From assembly GCF_009914755.1 (NCBI RefSeq), contig NC_060925.1: 64,000 nucleotides of DNA; one strand, written 5' to 3'. The number at the start of each line of letters is the position of its first letter. Positions within the stretch are counted from its first letter, which is position 1. The position numbers and the translations under genes are program-made. The notes beneath the pieces are model-generated. The model was not told the DNA's origin and made no database searches. It saw nothing but the letters and a program-made list of their open reading frames with translations. Shown piece after piece: positions 1 through 12,097 of the stretch. The stretch is from the human T2T-CHM13v2.0 reference genome, Homo sapiens.

Positions 1-213
1 AGCCTTGGCTTCCCCAGGCTCAGGCGATCCTCCCACCTTAGCCTCCCAGGAAGCTGGGACTATAGGTGCACACCACCACACCAGCTAATTTTTTGTAGAG
101 ACAGGGTTTCACCATGTTGCCCAGGCTGGCCTCCAATGCCTGGGCTCAAGCGATCCTCCTGCCTCAGGCTCCCAAAGTGCTGGGATTACAGGCGTGAGCC
201 ATCGTGCCCAGCC
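1..213 (-). mobile_element. Alu (AluJ-like), truncated by window start
   Basis: Antisense Alu motifs: gctgggactataggtg...cccaaagtgctgggattacaggcgtgagcc...cccagcc. The ctgggctcaagcgatcc variant is J-type. Confidence 0.93.
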
Positions 214-239
214 CATGTTACCTTTTAAAAAAATCAATG

Positions 240-400
240 TTAATAATGATTCTTATAACACTTCTTATGAGGTCATGATTGCTCTCCTGATCTTACTGGT
301 GAGTGAAATGAAGCATAGAGAGGTGAAGTAACTTGCCAGAAAGGGAGAGCTTGGGTTTGTCCATATTTGACCCAGTTTCATGCACTTAACCCCTGCACCC
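240..400 (-). mobile_element. MIR fragment
   Basis: MIR core-like gaaatgaagcatagagaggtgaagtaacttgcc. Confidence 0.65.
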
Positions 401-639
401 TGCACCACTGAAAGATGCACCCTCAGCTCACTCACTCTGCTCCCCTTGCTCAAGCCAGCCTCAGGCAGCCTGCATTGGTGCTTATGGAAAGGCAGATGAA
501 TGGTAGAGAGCCAGTGAGTTGGGCAGGATGATGGAGAAGCAGCCAGCCTTGGAGGGGCTCCAGACTGCTAAGGGGGTGGGTGAGCTGGGACTGAGGCATG
601 GAAGAAGTCATCTGGTCACCACAATTTGTACTTTTCTTT

Positions 640-905
640 TGAAAAACAGAAAGTTGAGAAGAAAATGGATTGCAGTCTGTTACAGATCCAGTGGCTGCAA
701 ATCATTCTGAAAATTAGCTTTCTATGGGAAAATCTATATACTAATTAACTCCATGGCCTCTCTAACGAGTTTAAGCACAATAAGGCCTCTGAAAATATCG
801 AGGCATTTTGCAGCTGCCTTAAATTCTACCTAGGGAGACAGGCTCACAGCTCATGAGGCTGTTTGAGAGGTTCCAGATGAAAGGGGAATCTTAAATGATT
901 CATTT
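640..905. promoter_or_regulatory. Candidate conserved non-coding/enhancer-like island
   Basis: Repeat-free AT-rich island in GC-rich surroundings with CTAATTAA, AATTAG, CAGCTG and ACAAT motifs. Motif-based inference only. Confidence 0.35.
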
Positions 906-1397
906 CCAAGGGCAGAAGGTGGGCAGCTATGACTTTGGTCGATTGCATAGGGAAGCGCAGAGAGCCCCAGCCTTATCAGGATGGATGGAGTCCTTGCTCA
1001 GGGGCCTTAGTTGACGTGGGAGTGTGGCCCAGTACTTCCCACTCCTCCAACCCTGAGTCCTCAGTGTGAAGACTGAGAAGCCATCACCAGGTCTAAGAGA
1101 CCTTTCCCAGGAAAGGCTTCTAGGGACTTGGCCATATAAACCAAGGTGGGAATCTCCCACCAATTTATGGCTGTCCTAGTGGGACAGTCCTGCCCAGGCC
1201 AGGGGAGGTGGCAGCACATGCTTGAGTGTGATGTGGGGAGACAGCTCAGCCAGCGGGATCCCTGGGGCATGTTCTCCACCTCACCCCGATGCTCCAGTGT
1301 GCCCTCCCTGGGAGGGCACCCTCAGATGTGGGCCTTTGCCCACCACTTCTGTTAGACTCCACACTGGGCAAGGAGTAGCCTGGCATAGTGCAGCATA

Positions 1398-1520
1398 GCA
1401 CACATATGTGCTCACCCCCATGAGTGTACACAGCCATATATATATGCGGCCACTCACCTGTATGCCCGCACCCATGTATATGTAAAGACACACACACATG
1501 AACACACACTCACACATATG
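1398..1520. repeat. Degenerate (CA)/(TA) low-complexity tract
   Basis: cacacatatgtg...atatatatatg...cacacacacatgaacacacactcacacatatg. Confidence 0.75.
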
Positions 1521-2019
1521 TCTTCATTCACCCCTGTCCATAGCACCATTTCCAGAGGCTGGAAATACCACTCGCTGTCATTCCCCAGAAACAGACCATT
1601 AACCCACAGCCCCAGGTAATCTTAGGGGGAGACCTCAGTGTGTCATGCCTCTGCAGGGCAGGAGCCCAAGCCCCCCCTTTGCCTTCGTCCCCTCCAGAAA
1701 TGCACACGAGTGCCACTCACTGTCACCCTTCCTGAAGCAACAGCCTGGGCATGGTTCTGAACAGAAATTCCCACAGCGCTGCCTACGGCCCTGGTGTGCC
1801 TCTGGGTCTGGCGTGCTGCTGCCCACTGGCCTCAGCAGTAGATGCCTTGTTCAGAACAGGCCCTCAGGAAACATCTCATGGCCAACAAGCTCTCAAGAGT
1901 GACTTGTGGCTGACTAAGGAAGCAAGCGGGAGGGAGAGAAGGGAGGGGTTCACCCAGGCCTAGTGATCATGGGGGATGCCTGTGCCTCCTCCATTGTTCT
2001 TGCTCTGGTTCTCTCATCA

Positions 2020-2420
2020 TTGTAATGGCTACTTTAAAAAAAAATGTTGACCATGTGCCTGGACACTGCATGAAGTATTCTGCACTACTGTCTCTCCCAC
2101 TCCTATTTCCCAGTGAGGAGACTAGGGCCCAGAGAAAGGAAGTCTCTTCACTTAGAGACCTGCCTGAGGCCCCGCCCCAGTGAGTAGTAGGGCCAGGACG
2201 TGGATGGAGCACACTTGATTCCAAAGCCTGCTCTTTATGTTCAATTGCCTTCTGGGGTTCTGGTTAAGATGTGGGAGACTCCTCTCCAGGCATGAGTGGG
2301 TGTATCTAAAATGGAGGGTCCTTTGCATGGTTCCCTTCTGAAGGCTGTGAAATAGGCAAAACCTGCAGCTTGATTGTGGGGGAGACCTGGATTTGAATCC
2401 CAGCTGCCATTTACCGGCTG
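2020..2420. mobile_element. Two MIR fragments in opposite orientation
   Basis: gtgaggagactagggcccagaga...gccaggacgtggat (minus) followed by tatctaaaatggag and ggatttgaatcccagctgccatttacc (plus). Confidence 0.55.
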
Positions 2421-2434
2421 GGTACCCAGGGGTC

Positions 2435-3724
2435 ATGGCTAAATCCAACGGCCAGCTCCTATCTTGCTAGGTCTTACCCACAGCACTGCACATAGTGAGC
2501 CACTTCCTCTGCCTTCTAGAAACGTTTTCTTCCACTTGGCTTCCTGGATGCTGTAGTTTTCTGGCTTTTATCCCACCTCCCTGGCTATGCCTTCTGGGTC
2601 TTCTTTACTGATTCATCTTCTCTTCAGCCTCTTACCCACGGGGTGGCCACAGTCCCAGCTCCTCCTTGAGTCTCTAATTACCCTCACTGCTCCGTAATTG
2701 CATCCAGTCTTGTGGCTTTACATACCACCTTGGGCTCATGACTTGCAAATGTATATCTCCGTCCTGGTAGTCTCCCCTAACCCCAGACTTACAGATCTCA
2801 CTGCCCCTCAACGTCTCCACTTAGATATCTAACAGCCGCCTGAAATGAACATGTCCTTCCAGTTGCCCAGGCCAAGAAGATTTGGGGACCTCCTGACCCC
2901 TCTCTTTCTCTCATCTGCCACATCCAATCAATCAGGAAGCCTTGGTGGCTCCTCCTTCCTGATATCTTCAGGATCTGACCACTTCTCACCATGTCTGCTG
3001 CCTGGAACACCCTCCCCCTACATATCACGAGGTGCATCTTGGTCCAAGCCACTGTCGTCTCTCACCTAGTTATTGCAACAGCATTCTTAACTGATGGTGT
3101 TTCTTCCACCCTTGCCCCCGACAGTGTATTTCAACCAACAGCCAGAGAGAGCCTGTAAAAGACGACTCACATCGTGACTCTCCTGTGCTGAAAACCTTGC
3201 GGTGGCTCCTCTGCTTCACTCAGAGTAACAGCCCAAGTCTGCAATGGCTGTGGAGGCTTCCATGGTCACTCCACCCACCCCGGGATTGGTATCCCCCCTT
3301 GATCTCCCCAACACCTCTCTAGGGACTCTCCCCCTTGTTCACCACCCCGGTCCCAGGGCCTTGGCACTCCTTGCTCCATTGCCTAGAATGCTCTTCCCTG
3401 GGTATCCATGGGGCCTGCATGCTTACCTCCACCACGTCACCTTTCCAGTGAGGTCCACCCTGATCCTTGGACTTCAAATGCCCCTCCCCCACCCCACGAC
3501 AGGCATTCCCTTCCTGGTCTCCTTACCTTGTGTGTGTACACACTCTGTATGAATCACCTCCAACTTGTTTGTTTTTTGTATTGATTATTGTTTTATGGTC
3601 CCTCACCTCCAGCTAGGATGCCTGCGCCATAGGAATAGAGGCCTGTCTGTTTCCTTCTTTGATATCCCCAAGGCCTGCCGCAGTACCTGTACACAGTGGA
3701 TATCGTCACATATTTGCTGAATGG
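2435..3724 (+). mobile_element. L2 (L2a-like) 3' portion
   Basis: L2 hallmarks: ccagtcttgtggctttacatacc, caacgtctccacttagatatctaacag, ccacatccaatcaatcagg; ends in the atatttgctgaatg tail. Confidence 0.85.
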
Positions 3725-3734
3725 TTCTTATTTC

Positions 3735-3840
3735 TTAACCTCTATGACCTTGGTTTCTTCATCTGTAAAAGTGGGTTATTTTGAGGATTAAATAATGAGT
3801 CTTGTTATCCCACTCTAGTGCCAGCACATGTAGGTTTCGA
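3735..3840 (+). mobile_element. MIR fragment
   Basis: aacctctatgaccttggtttcttcatctgtaaaagtggg. Confidence 0.65.
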
Positions 3841-4246
3841 TGCTGTCTACTCCCTTTCTGCAGTGGCTTTTAGAGATCCTGGCCTCATTTCAGATGCTGC
3901 TGATGTTGTAGCACCTTTGGCTCCCTATGGGAAAGGGGATGGTGTCGGGAGGAAAGAGAGTATGTGGGGCCTCCACATCCCTCCTCTGGAACCTCACCCT
4001 TGCCCATCATAGGCCCAGTGGGAAGCCTCTCCAGGGAGTATTTGTTTTCTGGGTCCCTTTAGCCATAAACATAGCTTTAGACTGGGGAGTGAGGAAGCTC
4101 AGGTCCGTGCCTGCCCTGATGATTCCTGGAGAGAAAAAACTGTGATGATAGGGAAAGCCATAGACTAAAACAAGAAATTTGCTTTATAAACAGTGAAACA
4201 GATGATTTTAACAGTTAGTAAGGAAGAATTAGGAAAGGGCAATTTT

Positions 4247-4305
4247 ATATATGCGTGTGTGTATATGTATATGTATGTGTGTGTGTATATATATATATAT
4301 ATATA
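4247..4305. repeat. (TA)n/(TG)n microsatellite
   Basis: Direct reading of the sequence. Confidence 0.9.
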
Positions 4306-4757
4306 AACATACACAGTTACTCTTATCCAAAAGCTTGCAAGTGCACCGCTGATGTGATGTTTTCCTAATGAAGGCGTGCATACTGACAGTGTTGTTCTTC
4401 TTTGAGGGTACTTTATTGTTGTAACACAGCAAGTTTCAATAAACCTTTCCCCTCTAAATTGCAACATATGCAAAAAAGCACCAAAACAGAAGTCATAGTT
4501 CTATTTGCTCTATGAGGGTATAAAAGTTACTCTTTTTCCATCAAGATGGAAAGTAAAAACAAAGAAAAACTGCAAAACTGTGAGTGGCTGAATGGGAGTC
4601 ACCCATGAACTAGAATAGAAACCATGAACAGTGACAAATGTGCCTGGCTCTTCCCTCCCTCTCCATGAAAAAATAATTTAGTCGAGTTATGACTATATCC
4701 TGAGCTGATGGCATGCAGACCTCCACAGCAGGAGATGGCTACAATTCACTGCTTGTG

Positions 4758-5293
4758 TTTCCCTTCCCTTCCCTTCTGTTCTCTCCTCCCTCCCTCCTTT
4801 CTTTCCTTCCTTCCTTCCTTCCATCCATCCTTCCTTCCTTCCTTCCTTAGTTCCTTCTTCCCTCCGTCTCTCCTTCCCTCCCTCCCTCCTCCTGTCTTCC
4901 TCCCTCCCTCTTTCCTCCCTCCTCTCTCTTCCCTTCCCTGTCTCCCTCCCTCCTTCCCTCTCTCTGCCTCTCTCCGCCTCTCTCCCTCCCTCCCTACTTC
5001 TCTCTTCCTCTTTCCTCCATCTGCCTCCCCGCCTCCTTCCCTTCCTCCCTCCATCCCTTCTTCCCCTTCTCTGCCTCTCTCCTTCCCTCTCTGCATCCCT
5101 CTCTCCTTCTCTCCCTTCCTCCCTCCCTCCTTCTCTCTCTTCCTCTCTCCCTCCCTCTCTCGCTCCCTCCCTCCCTTCCTCCCTTCCTTCTTCCCCCTCT
5201 CTGCCTCTCTCCTTCCCTCCCTCCTTCTTTCTCTTCCTCCCTCCCTCCTTCTCTCTCTTTCTTCCTCCCTCCCTCCCTCCCTCTCTCTCCTTC
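4758..5293. repeat. ~535-bp polypyrimidine (CCTT/CCCT/CT) low-complexity tract
   Basis: Almost purely C/T on the + strand. It is the source of the spurious 116-229 aa ORFs. Confidence 0.97.
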
Positions 5294-5585
5294 AAATATA
5301 TTTGAATGCTCTTGATGTATACTTTGAAATATATTTGAATGCTTGTGACAAAACATGAGCAACATGAGATCTCTGCTGTCAAAGAGTATTAGTCTTGTAG
5401 AAGGGACGTGTGTGAACTGACAACTATATCCTATAATAGATGTTTGGGCAAAGTACTATGAGAACCCAGAGGAAAGGGCATCTGGAAGGCTTCACGGAGG
5501 AGGTGGCATCCTAGCTGGGGCTGGAGGGATAAGTGGTTGGAGGCGTGTGGGAAGCTTTCTAGGAAAAAAGCAAAGCAGGCACTCT
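5294..5585 (-). mobile_element. L2 3'-end fragment
   Basis: caaatatatttgaatgct...atctctgctgtcaaagag...ggaaggcttcacggaggaggtggcat. Confidence 0.6.
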
Positions 5586-6314
5586 GGCCTGGGGGCTAGG
5601 CTGGTGCCTGTGGTTCTGTGTGCTGCTGGGGGCGGGGTCAGGTGGGAGGTGAACCTGAAGAGGTGGCATGCTGATGGGGACAGCCCTGCCTTTGCCTCAG
5701 GAAGCTCTGGTCTGTTTGGGTTCCCTGTGGTGGCTTCTCTGTGACTCAAATGAAGCCATTGAGGTGGAGGGAGCCCTCCTCTTTGCAGGCATTGGTGTAG
5801 GATTTGAAGGACACTAGCCGTGGCTCCAGGGCCTTTTCTGTCCCTGAGCCAGAGAGAGGTGAGCTGGGGTCCACCCCCCACCACCCCCCTGCACCGCCCC
5901 TGCTGGGATTTTCCTACCTTGGGGCTGCTGTACACCCATGGTAGGTGCTCAGGACTTTCGGGCCACATGAGAACACTGTCTGGGCTTCTTGACATAGAAA
6001 GTCTCCTTTAGCAGTAGTCTCCTGAGAATTCCAAAGGCTTCATCAAGCACAGGCTGGGCTGGCAGCTTCCACAGTGACGGAGCTAGGCCATCTTATTAGA
6101 CCCTGATCCTCAGTGAGTAAAGGCTTGCCTGCCTACTGGGGCCTCCTTCCAAGCCCAATCCACAGAAGGGCTCAGAGGCTTCTGGAGCTGGTTCCCAAAC
6201 TTGCACACTCCCAGCCACTCCTCTGTAGTGGAGGGCCCTGAACGTCCAGGCTCCCTTCTCCTGAGGCCTGGTCCTGAGCTCTGGGAAGTTGCAGCCAGGG
6301 TACAGAGTGCAGCT

Positions 6315-6385
6315 CAAAACTATAAATGTTAAACATCTTTAAAAAGTCATGAAGCCCCAGCCATAATCCAGAACAAGTCCCTTAA
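6315..6385 (+). repeat. 71-bp dispersed duplicate, copy 1 (pairs with 8236-8306)
   Basis: 65/71 identical with no gaps, aligned by hand. Confidence 0.95.
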
Positions 6386-6875
6386 AAGTCCTGGGAATCA
6401 TATGATGGAGAGTGACTTTCTCCTTTGCTGGGTGGAGAGGGCATGTGTGACCAGTGAGACTCATGGCCATGGCAACAAGAGCTGAGGAGTCCAGCAGGCT
6501 CAGGATCGAGGGCCGGAAGAAGACCAAGGTGGAGGTTAACACTCACCAAGCACTGGTTGATGGTGGCTGTGAGCTGCAGAAGTTCAAGGGCATCTGTCTT
6601 TTTACCATTGCCCAGTACAGAGCCACGTGCACGGTACTTGGGTGAATATTTGTTGAGTGGATGAATGTATGCATGGATGATTTAGTAACCTTTCCTCCAG
6701 CTCCTCCAGTAAGCCTCTGTTTCCACTCAGGACCTCCATCTCAACCCTGTCTGCTTCTCTTCACTTGCATCTGGTATGTCCTTTCCAGGAAGCCAGGCTC
6801 AGGGTCCATTCTTCTTTCTCACCTCCTCGTCCAAGGCTGATATTAAACTCACTCATGCCCAGAACATGCCTCTGA

Positions 6876-7219
<344 letters not shown>

Positions 7220-7941
7220 TTACTAAAGTTTCTTATGTGATTTCCCCAATTTTTCCTTTTTGAGCAAACACACTTGAGAGATCTCAGATTCTCCTTCTGT
7301 ATCAGAGTGCAGCATTCCTGGCAGGTTGGAGACTCTCCAAGAAGCCGAAATGCAGTCCGACAGTGAGGAGAACCAGCTTGTGGTGTAATGTTTGTCCCAA
7401 CATGGAGAGAAAGTGACTTGTCCCGAGCCGCATAACCAGTAAGCAGTGACTGCCTAACAATGGATCTAACGTGGCGGCAAGAGAAAGTGGCAATCAGTTG
7501 CCTAAATTTGGGTTCTGGTTCCAGCAGTTCAGTTCTCAGGGCCTCAATTTCCTTATTTGTAAAATGGACATCATATTTCCCACCTCAAAGAGTTGATTGC
7601 AGTAACTCACGGAATCCTCACGGAAGTGTGCCTTACCCCAACCCACAGAGTTGGCTCCTGCCCAGTGGGGGCAAGTGTGAACAGCCCCTTCTGACTCAAG
7701 TCCATCTTCTTATGAAATTTGTAATCAGGAACTTGCTATTCCAACCCCTCTGCCTGGCAGTCCCCCTGAGAAACAACTCCCAGCGTAGACAATGGGCAAA
7801 ACAAAGGGCAGGAAGGAAAGGAAGTGGTCTGTCAGCACCTGGGGCTGCTGTGGAGCGCAGACCCACCTGAGCTCTGCAGGTAGGCAATCCTGGCTGGGAT
7901 TCTGCAGACAGGCCTGGAGCAGAGCCCCCCCAACCCCTTCC

Positions 7942-7974
7942 CGGCGGCAGCAGCAGCAGCAATAGCAGCAGCAA
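7942..7974 (+). repeat. Short interrupted (CGG/CAG)n
   Basis: cggcggcagcagcagcagcaatagcagcagcaa. Confidence 0.85.
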
Positions 7975-7979
7975 CCCTC

Positions 7980-8350
7980 CTTTTTTAAGTCAAATGTTGC
8001 CTGGAAGTCATTGCTTCAGCAATTACCTCTGAAACCCATTGTTTCCTCAGCCCCATTAACATGTCAGATCCTGGCAGCCGCTGACGGGGCAAACACCCCT
8101 CGGAGGGCTGCAATTCAATTTAAGGATCACCTCCCCTGCACAGACAGCCTCTGAGCCGGCCCATCTCCAGATTTCACCAAATCGAGGAGAGAGTCTCAGG
8201 GTGCAGTTTGATCATGCTGCTTCCTAAATTAAAAACAAAATTGTAAGTGTTAAACATCTTTAACAAGTCATTAAGCCCCAGCCATAATCCAGAAAAAGTC
8301 CCTTAATGAGTAATGACATATGTTGTGAGCGCACTTATCTCCTAATGTTG
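7980..8350. promoter_or_regulatory. Candidate enhancer island containing copy 2 (8236-8306) of the 71-bp module
   Basis: Repeat-free, with CATTGTT (SOX), CATTAA, TGTCA/TGACA (MEIS), TGTTAAACA (FOX), TTAAGCC and TAATCC (K50 homeodomain). Inference from motifs. Confidence 0.45.
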
Positions 8351-9254
8351 GATGCTGAGATGGTGTGATGAAATGGCACAGTGCTCAGAAGGGATGGATC
8401 ACCACTAATGGCAGGATAATTCGAGGCTGTCGGGCTGAGGACCCTGGAGAGCCAGGTTGTCTCTCCTGGATGGCGTGCGGCGGTCCTCAGTCTCCCCTCC
8501 TGCCCTGGCTCCAGAGCCCCATCCCCACACCTGAGGCTGCTCTGCCCTCACTCCCAGGCTCCGCTCTGCTCCTGGCTCTGCCCCAGGATGGGCCCTGTAA
8601 GAATCCAGAGGTTGGGCACCAGGACCTTTGCATGGTCTCATGGCTGTGGGTCTGCCCAAGCGCCTCTGTGTCCCCACCCAAGTCACTGGGCTTTTGAACA
8701 AGCCAGGCATTTCTCCCAGTCCTATCCCAGGGCTGTCCCCCCGGCCTCCCTGTCTGCTGCCCATCCCTCCCACTCAGGCCCAGGATCCTGCCCACATGCC
8801 CCTGACCACATATTTAGGCCCCTACCTGCTGCCTGAGCCTCCACCCACTTTCTGCTGAGAACCCCCTGCTCCAGTGCTCTGGCCCCTGGCTGACCACCTC
8901 TGTAGCCCTGTCTGATGTTTATTTGCCCACGTTATAGTTCCAGACACGTGAGGAGACTAATTAGCTGCCCTTTACCTCCAGGTCCCAATTCTCAGGAGAG
9001 AGAACATGATTGGCTGAGCCTGGGTAATGTGACTGCCCTTAAGGTCACTGGGTACGGCTCACCCATGGGGTGATGAACAGCTGCCGGAGGATAGGGCTTA
9101 CTTTTTTCTACTCGGACTTCAGTAATTTCAGCCCCACACATTCCACCCACGCACCAAAGTCTTCCTCCTTCCCAGGGCTGGCTTCTGTGCTACTCTCTCC
9201 CTGCTCTGCTATAGCGTTAGGATGCCCTTCCCAACTAAGCTCCTTGAGACAGTC

Positions 9255-9552
9255 TTTTTTTTTTTTTTTTTTTTTTTTTTTGAGATGGAGTCTCGCTGTC
9301 GCCCAGGCTGCAGTGGCACCATCTTGGCTCACTACAACATCTGCCTCCTGGGTTCAAGCGATTCTCCTACCTCAGCCTTCTGAGGAGCTGGGATTACAGG
9401 CGTGTGCCATCACGCCTGGCTAATTTTTGTATTTTTAGTAGAGACGAGGTTTCACCATGTTGGTCAGGCTGGTCTTGAACTTCTGACCTCATGATCCTCC
9501 CACCTTGGCCTCCCAAAGTGCTGGGATTACAGGTGTGGGGAAGCCCCCTGGC
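9255..9552 (-). mobile_element. AluS (Sg/Sc-like)
   Basis: Poly-T, then full antisense Alu with the gacctcatgatcc variant. TSD-like tgagacagtctt / tgagacaagcctt. Confidence 0.93.
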
Positions 9553-9559
9553 TGAGACA

Positions 9560-9760
9560 AGCCTTAAGTCAGGGTATCCCAAAGCAGACCCTGAGACAGA
9601 GTGCTCCAGGGGAAGCCAGTAAGGAAAAGACAGACACAGAGCAAGGAAGAAGAGGAAGCCACGGAGAGCGGAATTTCAGACAAAATCCACAGAGAGGAGC
9701 TTCAGTCTGATCCTGCAGGGGAGCTCTGGAGTGGAAGTTATGGCCCTGAATCGTACCTGA
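9560..9760. mobile_element. Old ERVL-type LTR fragment (LTR33-like)
   Basis: gtcagggtatcccaaagcagaccctgagaca...cttcagtctgatcctgcaggggagctctggagtg. Confidence 0.5.
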
Positions 9761-9765
9761 GGCAA

Positions 9766-10173
9766 GCTGCGGGTGCGAGGAGTTAGAAGAAAAGCACCCC
9801 CCACCTCACAGTTTCTTCATTCATTCATTCATATATTCAACATATGTTAATTGTCACATTCTGTTATTTACTGTCTGCCAAACAGTACAGATAGGTAGCT
9901 TGCGCTGGGGGCTGCCTGAGAGCTGGGAGAACTGGTTGCCAGAGCTGGGAGAACTGGTTGCCAGGTCTAGCCTGATGAAAGATGGTTGTGTGGCCTAGGA
10001 GAATTCCTGCCTGTCTCAGGATGTCTATCTGACTACTGAATGGAAGGGGGCTAGGATACTTTCAAGAGAACACATTGTTGATTCTCTGGATTGAAGAAAG
10101 GGGCTGTATTCTTTAGCCTCTGCATCCTTTTTCATGTATCTACCTCAGGAAAAGGGGACACCCTCGTGCCCTG
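9766..10173 (+). repeat. Local duplication, composite copy (A+R+B)
   Basis: 9766-9942 aligns to 10947-11135, and 9897-10173 aligns to 11846-12097. Contains an exact 22-bp tandem duplication at 9919-9962. Confidence 0.93.
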
Positions 10174-10174
10174 T

Positions 10175-10350
10175 GCTGGGAACTTTATACATTTTATTAC
10201 TTTGAAAACACAACCTCCCAGTGGCACAGATACTTTTATTAGCATCATTCTATAAGATGAGGAAACTGAGGCACAGGTTCAAAAAATGATTTGGCTAAGG
10301 TCACTCCAAGTGGTGGAGTCAGGATATGATCTCAGAGCCAGTGGGCTGTT
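10175..10350 (-). mobile_element. MIR
   Basis: cattctataagatgaggaaactgaggcacag...ctaaggtcac. Confidence 0.8.
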
Positions 10351-10946
10351 GACTGTAAGGGAAGAAGCATGGAGAATCCCCTCCCTACCCTTTTATCTAT
10401 CAATCATATCTATCTATATCCCCCAAAACTTAGCTGATACTAACAATTTAAGGATCCCCAATCCCAAATCATTTAGATTTTAAGACAAATAAAACAGTTG
10501 GAATCCTGGTCCCATGGAATTTCAGAGTTGGGAGAAAGTGAAGAGATTTCCTGGCTAACCCCTGCAGTTAACAGATGGCAAAAAGAAGTACAGAGAATTG
10601 TCTGAAGTCCCAGAGCAAGGGAGTGGAAGCGCGGCCGCAACGAGGCATGCATAAGATTCTGCAGAAACCACGTTCTCCCGCTTCACAGCGGTCTGCTCTT
10701 TTCAGGAGAGCCTGGGAAAACTTCTGACTGTGCAATTTGCTTAAAAACAACAGAGAAACATCATAGAAGAGGATCAATTCCTGACCATGCATTTGAAATT
10801 AGACACTTACAGGCATTCCCTGCAGAGTGCTCTCCACTGGGGCCCAGTGGAAGCAGCATCACCCATCAGCGGCTGGGGGTGGCTGGTGCCACCAGGTCAG
10901 GCCTGGAGCGGGGCAGGAGTCTCCTCAGGCTCGATGCTCTTGACCT

Positions 10947-11135
10947 GCTGCTGGTGCCAAGAGTTAGAAGCAAAGCACCCACCACCTCACAGTTTCCTCA
11001 TTCATTCATTCATTCATTCATGTATTCAACATATGTTAATTGTCACATTCTGTTATTTACTGGCTGCCAAACAGTACAGATAGATAGCTTGGGCTGGGGG
11101 CTGCCCTGAGAGCTGGAAGAATTGATTCTGCCAAG
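10947..11135 (+). repeat. Local duplication, A+R copy
   Basis: Near-identical to 9766-9942, with about 6 substitutions plus a (TTCA)2 indel in the A part. Confidence 0.93.
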
Positions 11136-11472
11136 ACTGTTGCTCTTGTACTCCATCTGTGGATCTTATCCCTCCATCCATCCTCTGTTCTAAGTTTGAC
11201 TCATATCTTTGATGCTTCTGCCTCAGTGACTGTTTTGCACCTAAGAACTTCTTGGCTATCCTGCTCTAGGGATCACTACTAGCTAACTCTGATGATCTTC
11301 CAAAGCTCAGCCTGTGCTTGATGCTTGGAGGTCATCATCCAGCTACAAACCCAGACTGTGTGCCTCTCAGGGACCCTTGGTGTCAGGATGGGAGCCCAGG
11401 AGCCACCTGGCTGCTGTTACAGTTAAAGGAAGGGCATGTAAGGCTGAATCACAGGCTTCTGTGCATAGCAGG

Positions 11473-11829
11473 TGTATTAGTCTGTTTTCATGCTGCTGAT
11501 AAAGACATACCTGAGACTAGGCAATTTACAAAAGAAAGGTTTAATTGGACTTACAGTTCCATGTCGCTGGGGAGGCCTCACAACCATGGCAGAAGGCTAG
11601 GAAGGAGGAACAAGTCATGTCTTACATGGATGGCAGCAGGCAAAGAGAGAACTTGTGCAGGGGGACTCCTCTTTTTAAAACCATCACATCTCATGAGACT
11701 TACTCACTATCATGAGAACAGCAGGGGAAAGACTTGCTCCCATGATTCAATTACCTCCCACCGGGTCCCTCCCACAACACATGGGAATTCAAGATGAGAT
11801 TTGGGTGGGGACAGAGCCAAACCATACCA
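11473..11829 (-). mobile_element. THE1 (THE1B-like) solo MaLR LTR
   Basis: tgtattagtctgttttcatgctgctgataaagacatacc...gagatttgggtggggacagagccaaaccatacca. Perfect 5-bp TSD GCAGG. Confidence 0.93.
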
Positions 11830-11845
11830 GCAGGAGGTGGTGAGG

Positions 11846-12097
11846 AGCTGGGGCTGGGGGCTGCCCTGAGAGCTGGGAGAATCGGTTGCCAGGTCTAGTC
11901 TGGTGAAAATCGGCTGTGTGACCTAGATCTCCTGCCTGTCTCAGGTTGTCTATCTGAATAGTGAACAGAAGGGGCTGGGATACTTTCAAGCAAACACATC
12001 TTTGATTCTCTGAACTGGGGAAAGAGGCCACATTCTATAGCCTCTGCATTCTTTTTTATGTATCTACCTTAGGAAAGGGGGACATCACTGTGTCCTG
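11846..12097 (+). repeat. Local duplication, R+B copy
   Basis: Colinear with 9897-10173, roughly 80-85% identical by eye. Confidence 0.9.

Noticed and set aside
4693-5382. 229-aa, 216-aa and overlapping ORFs (E/G/R-rich or P/S/L-rich)
   Set aside because: Stop-free only because of the polypyrimidine tract. No protein-like complexity.
7658-7676. CTCF-like gcccagtgggggcaag
   Set aside because: Does not fit the core spacing of the CTCF motif.
7828-7850. RE1/REST-like site (TCAGCACC tg GGGCTGC)
   Set aside because: The left half-site is good, but the right half has two mismatches to GGACAG. Too weak to call.
7870-7885. Splice-donor-like CAG|gtaggc (and acceptor-like ctttgtctctcag at 21150)
   Set aside because: Isolated signals with no supportable exon chain.
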